From IMG/VR virus record IMGVR_UViG_3300045988_129428: a stretch of DNA of 38,466 bases; one strand, given 5' to 3'. This document shows positions 32,968 through 38,466 of the stretch, piece after piece (position 1 is the stretch's first letter; every line of letters starts with the position of its first letter). The notes beneath the pieces are model-generated. The model was not told where the DNA came from. It searched no databases and saw only the letters and a list, made by a program, of their open reading frames with translations. The stretch comes from a virus. A program made the position numbers and the translations under genes.

Positions 32968-33586
32968 TGTTATTTCCTCCTTCAATTTTATTTGGTATAT
33001 CTTTGATTGCTATCATAATCTTTGCATATTGTTCGCTATTTAGCTCTGTTGTATTATTTAAGTTATAATTCTTTTGTAATAATGCTTGTACATTTAAGCC
33101 TTTGTTTTCCATAATTTCTTGTAATCTTTTTGCATCTTCTGCGCTAATTAGTTGATTTTTTGGTTTACTTCCTTCTGGAGTTTCTCCATCTGGATCTTTC
33201 ATTTCTTCTGTTGGAATACAGAATACTTGAAATAGTGCATACTTCATAGCTATTGCCATTGCTTTATTAGTTGCTTTATCTCCACTATCCATTCCTTCTC
33301 CAACTGTTACTGCTTCAATATAAGTTCCATCTTCTGCATAAAAAATATATTTTATTTTGCATATAGAATAAATTAAGTTTCCACCTTTGTTTGTTGTTCT
33401 TTCTTCTCTAGTTTGTTCTAATATTTGAGGAACAATAAATACTTTATTTTTTGATAACAATGGTTGTAAAGTATTCATTACATCATCTATTCCTCTATAC
33501 TTAAATCCTTGAGTTTTATTTGTTTGGTCTTTTCCTATTGCAGGAATTTCTTCCATGATTTTTGTTATACTTTCATAAATATTCAT
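32960..33586 (-). CDS. erf: ERF-family single-strand annealing recombinase
   Basis: IPAIGKDQTN..QGFKYRGIDDV and GEGMDSGDKATNKAMAIAMKYALFQVFCIPT match ERF signatures. Confidence 0.8.
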   Translation of the reverse strand: MNIYESITKIMEEIPAIGKDQTNKTQGFKYRGIDDVMNTLQPLLSKNKVFIVPQILEQTREERTTNKGGNLIYSICKIKYIFYAEDGTYIEAVTVGEGMDSGDKATNKAMAIAMKYALFQVFCIPTEEMKDPDGETPEGSKPKNQLISAEDAKRLQEIMENKGLNVQALLQKNYNLNNTTELNSEQYAKIMIAIKDIPNKIEGGNNNE

Positions 33587-33617
33587 AATAATCTACCTCT
33601 AAATCTAAATAATTCAT

Positions 33618-33758
33618 TTAATTTAACTTTCCTTCATTAAATCTTGATTTTAATTCTTCTTCAAATTCTTTCTTTGTTTGATAATTTATGTCTATTTGTT
33701 TTAATAAACACGCGTAATTTTTTAATAATTCTTCATTACTTAACTCGTGTATTTTCAT
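33618..33758 (-). CDS. Possible 46-aa protein
   Basis: Hand-found ORF MKIHELSNEELLKNYACLL.... Its start overlaps the upstream stop (TGATG). Confidence 0.35.
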   Translation of the reverse strand: MKIHELSNEELLKNYACLLKQIDINYQTKKEFEEELKSRFNEGKLN

Positions 33759-33973
33759 CAAACTACTGCCTCCCAGTATTCTTTTTCTTCTTGCCTTTCT
33801 TCTTGTTCTCTTTGTTTTTGTAATTGTTCTGACACGTCTTCAAATTCGTTTTGTGCTTCATATTTAATTATCTCTAGCTGTTCAATATAATTCTTATCTG
33901 TTAATTCGTCCATTAACGAATTAAGTGAGCTTATTAAATTGTCTAGTTCGTCGTATCTGTCTTGTAGTTCCAT
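33758..33973 (-). CDS. Hypothetical acidic coiled-coil protein
   Basis: RBS AAAGGAAAG upstream of the ATG. Confidence 0.55.
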   Translation of the reverse strand: MELQDRYDELDNLISSLNSLMDELTDKNYIEQLEIIKYEAQNEFEDVSEQLQKQREQEERQEEKEYWEAVV

Positions 33974-34039
33974 TGACTTTCCTTTCTATCTATGTTACAA
34001 TAAGCATAGAGTTCATATATATTTATTATTGAAATCTAG

Positions 34040-34369
34040 CTAGTTTTGAGATTGGTAGTCGCGAACTAGCTCTTTTATTTTGTTTAGAACTATTTTCTCG
34101 CTGTCTACTGGACAAGCAATAGTTCTATCTGCTACATCTTTTAGTAGTTTTTGTAGTTTAGTATTTTCTTTTGTTAAAATAGTGTTATTATGTACATCTA
34201 ATTTTCTTAAATCTTTTAATTGTTTGTTTTCAAAACTTAAATCTCTAACTTGTCTTGCTAATTCAACATTTCTTGAATTTGACTCGTCTATTTTTGTTTC
34301 TAGTGTTTCTTTATAGTACATAAGGCTTATTAATCCAAGTAATATTACTAATGCTAAAAACAATGCCAT
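34040..34369 (-). CDS. Membrane-anchored coiled-coil protein
   Basis: The ATG at 34369 is 9 nt after AAGGAG. N-terminal TM helix ALFLALVILLGLISLMYY. Confidence 0.55.
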   Translation of the reverse strand: MALFLALVILLGLISLMYYKETLETKIDESNSRNVELARQVRDLSFENKQLKDLRKLDVHNNTILTKENTKLQKLLKDVADRTIACPVDSEKIVLNKIKELVRDYQSQN

Positions 34370-34445
34370 TTCCTTCATCTCCTTTCTTCTTATCGAAACT
34401 TTTTTTCGTTCTTTTTTATTTCGTATTCCATTTAATCCTCCTAAG

Positions 34446-34550
34446 CTAAAAACCTATTATAAAGAATACAGCCCATAACAATCCAAATATTGCGCAATAA
34501 ATATATTCTTTAATCTTCTGTTTTGTTTTTTTATTTAGTTTCTTTTTCAT
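34446..34550 (-). CDS. Possible 34-aa membrane peptide
   Basis: Hand-found ORF MKKKLNKKTKQKIKEYIYCAIFGLLWAVFFIIGF. Confidence 0.3.
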   Translation of the reverse strand: MKKKLNKKTKQKIKEYIYCAIFGLLWAVFFIIGF

Positions 34551-34566
34551 TCGTTTTTCCTCCCTT

Positions 34567-34809
34567 CTAAACTAATATTGATTTTGCTTTTTCTAATTTT
34601 GTTTCTGCTTCAATTGCTCTTTTTAATACTGTTTCATATTGTTGATAAGAGACTCCACCATTTTTATAAACTTTTACTTTATATTGATTATTAGTTTTAA
34701 GTCCTTCGAGTTCTCCTTTTAGCAACTGTTTTTTTACTTCTGCTTCTCCTATTCCTGTTTGCTTTGCATAAGCTCTTGCAGATAAATAATAGAATGGTAC
34801 TTCCGGCAT
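34567..34809 (-). CDS. Putative DNA-binding protein (excisionase/HTH_17-like) of the early operon
   Basis: The ATG at 34809 is 7 nt after AAGGAGG. YLSARAYAKQTGIGEAEVKKQLLKGEL is HTH-like. Confidence 0.5.
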   Translation of the reverse strand: MPEVPFYYLSARAYAKQTGIGEAEVKKQLLKGELEGLKTNNQYKVKVYKNGGVSYQQYETVLKRAIEAETKLEKAKSILV

Positions 34810-34838
34810 TACTTCGCCTCCTTTACTCAAACTTCTTC

Positions 34839-35066
34839 TTATTTTATTTCACAAGTATTGCTTGTATTTTCATCTAAAAAAATTTGTGGAAATATATAAT
34901 TTATAGGTTTGTTGTAAAATTGTGACAACTTTATGCAAATCCCTATCTTGGGTGGTTTGTTAGAATTTTCAATGTTCGAATATTGCTGTTGTGTAATTCC
35001 TAAAAACCTTGCTATGACTACTTGTGGTCTATTTCCTCTTAATTCTTTACATTTATTGTTTTTCAT
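34839..35066 (-). CDS. Cro-like XRE-family HTH regulator
   Basis: The ATG at 35066 follows AGAGGTG. VIARFLGITQQQYSNIEN HTH. Divergent from the cI-like gene. Confidence 0.8.
   Translation of the reverse strand: MKNNKCKELRGNRPQVVIARFLGITQQQYSNIENSNKPPKIGICIKLSQFYNKPINYIFPQIFLDENTSNTCEIK
34851..34865. promoter_or_regulatory. Distal operator copy ACAAGTATTGCTTGT
   Basis: Same ACAAG-N5-CTTGT palindrome as the four intergenic operators. Lies in the 3' end of the cro-like gene. Confidence 0.5.
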
Positions 35067-35083
35067 ACTATTCACCTCTTTTT

Positions 35084-35191
35084 ACAAGTTTTTCTTGTTG
35101 TTGCGATTATATTATCACAAGTAAAACTTGTTGTCAATAGTTTTTTACAATTTTTTCTTGTTTTTTATTTACTTATACAAATTTAGCTTGT
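35084..35191. promoter_or_regulatory. Genetic switch region: four ACAAn-N5-CTTGT operators and divergent promoters
   Basis: Operators at 35084..35098, 35117..35131, 35147..35161 and 35177..35191. Leftward promoter TTGACA (35137..35132), 17 nt, TAATAT (35114..35109), with an operator filling the spacer. Rightward promoter TTTACT (35168..35173), 17 nt, TATAAT (35191..35196). Confidence 0.75.
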
Positions 35192-35214
35192 ATAATATTG
35201 TTAGAGGTGTTGAT

Positions 35215-35553
35215 ATGAATAGGATTAGACAATTAAGAGAAGAATTTAAAATTTCTCAAACTGAATTGGGAAAAAAATTAAATAAGACACAACAACAAAT
35301 AAGTTTATATGAAAATGGAACAAATGAATTAGATTTAGATGGTTATATAATTTTATCAGAGTTATTTGGTTGCTGTATTGAATATATAGCTGGTAAATCC
35401 GACATAAGAAACCCACAGCAATCTGACCCACTTGGCCTTGCTAAGGTGGGCTTTAGTATGGACAAATATGTTCCTCCAACAGACGTACAAAGAGAGCAGA
35501 TAAAAGGATTGCTTGAAGTGATATTAAAGGATAATAAGAAGGAGGAAAAATAA
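35215..35553 (+). CDS. cI/ImmR-like XRE-family repressor (no S24 peptidase domain)
   Basis: The ATG at 35215 follows AGAGGTG. The track start at 35128 is a hydrophobic upstream extension across the operators. FKISQTELGKKLNKTQQQISLYENG HTH. Confidence 0.85.
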   Translation: MNRIRQLREEFKISQTELGKKLNKTQQQISLYENGTNELDLDGYIILSELFGCCIEYIAGKSDIRNPQQSDPLGLAKVGFSMDKYVPPTDVQREQIKGLLEVILKDNKKEEK

Positions 35554-35816
35554 TGAGTATAACAACTGAATTTAAAGCAAAGAAATGTTTAAAATGTGGA
35601 GCAACGACTGATCCTGATGACGAAGAAGAACTATTTTGTTCTAAATGTGGCGCTCCTGTTGTAAATCGTTGTTCTGATTATAATTGTAGTAAATTTTTAA
35701 AGGAAGATGCACAATTCTGTAAATATTGTGGTGCTTCTTCTATATTCAAAAATTATGGATTATTTGATAATAGTGCCCCTAAATTTTCAGATAACATAGA
35801 TAATTTACCATTTTAA
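35553..35816 (+). CDS. Double zinc-ribbon protein
   Basis: CLKCG...CSKCG...C....C...CKYCG. Its start overlaps the repressor stop (TAATG). Confidence 0.7.
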   Translation: MSITTEFKAKKCLKCGATTDPDDEEELFCSKCGAPVVNRCSDYNCSKFLKEDAQFCKYCGASSIFKNYGLFDNSAPKFSDNIDNLPF

Positions 35817-36601
35817 TGTATTTACTTTATATTGATGACTCTGGCTCTTGTGATTTAAAAAAAGATGAAATATGTATGAAAAATGGGGGTACAAATTCTA
35901 GATATTTTGTTTTAGGTTCTATATTATTAAAAGCACATGAATTAAATAGAATAGAGCCACAAATTGAATACATAAGAACTTTCTGTTTAGGAGATAATTT
36001 AAAAGAACTAAAACACAGCGTTAAGTCTCAATCTATGCAATGTATAACAAATTGTCATAAAGAAAAATCAGACATTCCCTGTTATAAGAAAAATATTGCG
36101 AACTTAATAAGCTCTTCTGATTGTACAGTTTTTGTTACTTATCAAGATAAATATTTAAATTTCAAAAGTAACTTAGTAAATTCTAAAAATGATATTTACA
36201 GGCTATCTTTTGAACACTTATTAAAGAGTGTTGATGATTATATGTATTATAAAACTATTCAAGAAGATGTTATTGTATTTATAGATAAAAAAGATGGTGG
36301 TTCTGAAAAGGATAAGCTAATATATAAGTCATATAAACAAGCATTATCTAATAAAAAATTATTTAAGGCATTTAATAATACTATCTTTAGCCCTACTATA
36401 AATATTGTCTATTCTCAATTTACTTCTGGCTGTCAATTAGCGGATTTTATTGCAGGTTCAGTATGGAATTTTTTTGAGAATAAAGATAATAAAGAAAAAC
36501 AAAGCGAATTAAAAGAATATACTTCATTATACGCTAATAAGGTATATCAAAGAGACAGAAAAATGATAGGATTAAAGTGCTGTGATAGTCTCTTAAAATA
36601 A
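35816..36601 (+). CDS. DUF3800-family protein
   Basis: N-terminal LYIDDSGS and C-terminal QLADFIAGSVW are the two DUF3800 signature motifs. Its start overlaps the upstream stop (TAATG). Confidence 0.75.
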   Translation: MYLLYIDDSGSCDLKKDEICMKNGGTNSRYFVLGSILLKAHELNRIEPQIEYIRTFCLGDNLKELKHSVKSQSMQCITNCHKEKSDIPCYKKNIANLISSSDCTVFVTYQDKYLNFKSNLVNSKNDIYRLSFEHLLKSVDDYMYYKTIQEDVIVFIDKKDGGSEKDKLIYKSYKQALSNKKLFKAFNNTIFSPTINIVYSQFTSGCQLADFIAGSVWNFFENKDNKEKQSELKEYTSLYANKVYQRDRKMIGLKCCDSLLK

Positions 36602-36609
36602 AAAAAGAA

Positions 36610-36646
36610 TGGAACCTACAACCCATAGGGTCGTTTACAGGTTCCA
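36610..36646. other. GC-rich nested hairpin
   Basis: TGGAACCT...ACCC-ata-GGGT...AGGTTCCA. The T tract is on the minus-strand side only (plus strand has AAAAAAAGAA upstream). Confidence 0.5.
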
Positions 36647-36696
36647 TGTCTGTTAATAATTCTAGTGTTATTATTATAACATATAGAATTACAGTT

Positions 36697-36710
36697 TGTC
36701 AAATTTGACA
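36697..36710. promoter_or_regulatory. Perfect 14-bp palindrome TGTCAAATTTGACA upstream of the ImmA-like/int genes
   Basis: Read directly. It contains TTGACA on both strands and is flanked by an outer inverted repeat CTAGTGT (36662..36668) / ACACTAG (36708..36714). Confidence 0.4.
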
Positions 36711-36757
36711 CTAGTATTTTATTCAATTTTATTAAAATTATTCTTATAGAGGTAATT

Positions 36758-37195
36758 ATGAATTTAAATTATTTATACGATTTAACTGAAAAAGAAAAAG
36801 TAAAAGTATATAACTGGCATATTGAAGATGCTGACGGTGCTTATATCAATATAGATAAGATAAATGCTATTGCTCTGAACTATGATAATATTGGTACTTA
36901 TATAGAAGAAAAGTGTGTATTAGCCGAGGAACTTGGACATTATTATTATGATGCTACTTATTCTTTATACTGTCAAGATTTGCAGGTTATATCAAAGCAA
37001 GAACGAAAGGCTAAAAAGTGGGCATATAATGTTCTTGTTCCTTACGAGGATTTACGCAGAGCAATTAAAAATGGTTTGACAACAGTTTATAGCTTGGCAA
37101 ATTATTTCGAGGTTACTGAGGCTTTTATAAGCAAATGTGTTGCATTTTATATAGAAAAATATGGAGATTTTACAGAAGAAGCATTAAGTTATTAG
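36758..37195 (+). CDS. ImmA/IrrE (M78)-like metallopeptidase with variant motif EELGH
   Basis: [22 protein letters not shown]....[19 protein letters not shown] aligns with the family pattern laHElgH....E.eAn.fA..lLmP, but Glu replaces the first His. Confidence 0.65.
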   Translation: MNLNYLYDLTEKEKVKVYNWHIEDADGAYINIDKINAIALNYDNIGTYIEEKCVLAEELGHYYYDATYSLYCQDLQVISKQERKAKKWAYNVLVPYEDLRRAIKNGLTTVYSLANYFEVTEAFISKCVAFYIEKYGDFTEEALSY

Positions 37196-37223
37196 TGTTT
37201 CTTTTTTTAGAAAGGATTTGAAT

Positions 37224-38345
37224 ATGGCAAAGAAAACTAATTATTCTAAAAATGGCAAAAATTATTATAGAATCACAAAAACTATAAGTAAAAAACCTGA
37301 CGGCACTTCAATAAAAAAAGAATTTTACGGTTCCTGCAAAGCGGAAGCTGAAGAAAAAGCAACTAAATATATTAATGATTTAAAGTTAGGATTAATCGAA
37401 AAAGATAAAAAGTATACTATAAATATATTGTTGCCACTATGGTTATATGGAACCAAGAGAAACACAGTTAAAGCATCTACTTTAGACAGCTATGATGGTA
37501 TATACAAAAAATATATTAAGCCTAATGTAATCTCAAATATTCCAATTAATGATATAAAAACTTTAAAAATACAAGAATATTATAATAATTTAGATACAAC
37601 TGCTAGTAATGTTAAAAAGGTTCATAAACTACTTTACCAATTTTTCAATTATTCTGAAAAAGAAGGCTATATAGTTAAAAATCCTTGCAATAACGTTTCT
37701 CTTCCCAAAGAGAAAAAAACAACATTAGAAGTTTTAAAAAATAAATCTAAATTTCAATATTATAGTGAAGATGAAATAAAAAGGTTAAAGGAAGTTTTTA
37801 AAGATAATAAATTCAAAAATGTAGTTTTATTCGCTCTTGGAACAGGTATGCGAAGAGGAGAAATATTTGGACTGCAATGGTCTGACATTGACTTTGAAAA
37901 AAAAGAAATACATGTTATACACAATTTAACATATATGGCAACAAACATCACCGAGACTTCTAAAACTTATCATTTAACACTACAAACTCCAAAAACTGAA
38001 AACTCAATCAGGACTATACCTATGTCAGACAGTATTTATAAACTATTAAAATCAATTTATGACATAAATTCAACTTATGTGTTTTCTCCTAACGACGGGC
38101 ATTTTGATATAAAATATTTTGAAAAAGTTTATAAGAAAAAATTAAAAGAAGCGCATATCGAAAATAAGAACTTTCACGACTTAAGACACACATTTGCAAC
38201 TATGTTATTGGCAAATGGAGCAGATCTTATAACGGTTAAAGAGTTGCTTGGTCATAGTTCAATAAAAACAACAGAAATATATTTAGAAGCATTACCTAAA
38301 ACCAAAGAAGATGTTGTCAATAAAATCAATTTTATTTGTAACTGA
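37224..38345 (+). CDS. int: Tyrosine recombinase (phage integrase)
   Basis: The ATG at 37224 is 7 nt after AAAGGA; the track start at 37218 is [34 protein letters not shown] catalytic signatures. Confidence 0.9.
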   Translation: MAKKTNYSKNGKNYYRITKTISKKPDGTSIKKEFYGSCKAEAEEKATKYINDLKLGLIEKDKKYTINILLPLWLYGTKRNTVKASTLDSYDGIYKKYIKPNVISNIPINDIKTLKIQEYYNNLDTTASNVKKVHKLLYQFFNYSEKEGYIVKNPCNNVSLPKEKKTTLEVLKNKSKFQYYSEDEIKRLKEVFKDNKFKNVVLFALGTGMRRGEIFGLQWSDIDFEKKEIHVIHNLTYMATNITETSKTYHLTLQTPKTENSIRTIPMSDSIYKLLKSIYDINSTYVFSPNDGHFDIKYFEKVYKKKLKEAHIENKNFHDLRHTFATMLLANGADLITVKELLGHSSIKTTEIYLEALPKTKEDVVNKINFICN

Positions 38346-38367
38346 GTCGGGAAAAAGTCGGGAAAAT
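38340..38367 (+). repeat. 28-nt direct repeat, copy 2 (overlaps the int stop codon)
   Basis: Identical to 183..210. Confidence 0.8.
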
Positions 38368-38386
38368 TTTAAGAAGTACAAAAAAA

Positions 38387-38423
38387 GCAAGGTTTTACAA
38401 TTTCTTGTAACCCTTGCCTTTTC
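38387..38423 (+). terminator. Terminator hairpin after int
   Basis: GCAAGGttTTACAA-tttc-TTGTAAcCCTTGC, followed by CTTTTC. Its right half is also the start of the window (terminal repeat). Confidence 0.65.
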
Positions 38424-38466
38424 TATATTACATAATTTAAATTAAGCAATAATTTCAGATACAACA
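38398..38466. repeat. Terminal direct repeat, right copy
   Basis: Identical to 1..69. Confidence 0.95.

Larger units (their letters stand above)
1..38466. mobile_element. Temperate phage genome (complete unit plus 69-nt terminal overlap), podovirus-like gene content
   Basis: Integrase, cI/Cro switch, replication, packaging, capsid, tail and lysis modules are all present. The window ends are identical over 69 nt. Confidence 0.85.

Noticed and set aside
35128-35214. Upstream extension of the cI-like ORF (MLSIVFYNFFLFFIYLYKFSLYNIVRGVD)
   Set aside because: It runs through the operator and promoter region, is hydrophobic low-complexity, and the internal ATG at 35215 has a proper RBS.
10372-37951. 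Other antisense or alternative-frame track ORFs (10372, 11982, 12560, 12603, 15047, 16796, 17547, 20022, 23667, 25317, 26562, 26806, 27127, 27342, 28072, 28830, 28888, 30332, 32641, 32783, 34080, 34933, 35246, 37760)
   Set aside because: All overlap better-supported genes on the opposite strand or in another frame. They show low-complexity hydrophobic composition and lack ribosome-binding sites.
1-38466. tRNA, rRNA, tmRNA and CRISPR arrays; transposase or IS elements; reverse transcriptase or retron
   Set aside because: I saw no cloverleaf-compatible GC-rich ~75-nt segments with a GTTCGAATC-type T-loop, no regularly spaced repeat-spacer arrays, and no transposase- or RT-like ORFs. The only GC-rich patches are the gene at 24360..24587 and isolated hairpins.

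Overview
This window looks like one complete, very AT-rich genome of a temperate Firmicutes phage, probably Clostridium-like. The first and last 69 nt are identical, which implies a repeat unit of 38,397 bp.

Layout:
- (a) 183-3129: an accessory island. It holds an att-like repeat, a SinR/XRE-like HTH fused to a Spo0E-like tail, an AbrB-like protein behind a consensus promoter, and a multi-pass membrane protein.
- (b) 3180-24205, minus strand: the late region, read from high to low coordinates. Order is TerS, TerL, portal, scaffold, major capsid, adaptor, three tail or fiber proteins, a holin-type lysis cassette and a CHAP endolysin. There is no tail tube, sheath or tape-measure gene, so the virion is probably podovirus-like. 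After a terminator come a LysM protein and a 2291-aa multidomain giant protein.
- (c) 24322-25265: a regulatory gap. It contains a compositionally foreign gene (about 50% GC) between a consensus promoter and a terminator, plus a structured leader with phased TTGAC boxes.
- (d) 25262-35066, minus strand: the early operon. It encodes an ArpU-like late activator, many small ORFs, DUF1064, a C5-methyltransferase-like protein, a DnaD-like replisome organizer with internal iterons, NinB-like and HNH-like proteins, SSB, Erf and a Cro-like protein.
- (e) 35084-38345, plus strand: the immunity and integration module. A cI-like repressor is translationally coupled to a zinc-ribbon protein and a DUF3800 protein, followed by a variant ImmA-like protease and a tyrosine integrase.

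No tRNA, rRNA or CRISPR array was seen.

The most interesting candidates are:
- the giant polyvalent or ejection-like protein and its LysM partner;
- the repressor-coupled zinc-ribbon/DUF3800 pair;
- the accessory island whose proteins mimic host sporulation regulators;
- the GC-rich gene cassette.

All functional calls come from motifs read by eye. No database search was possible.
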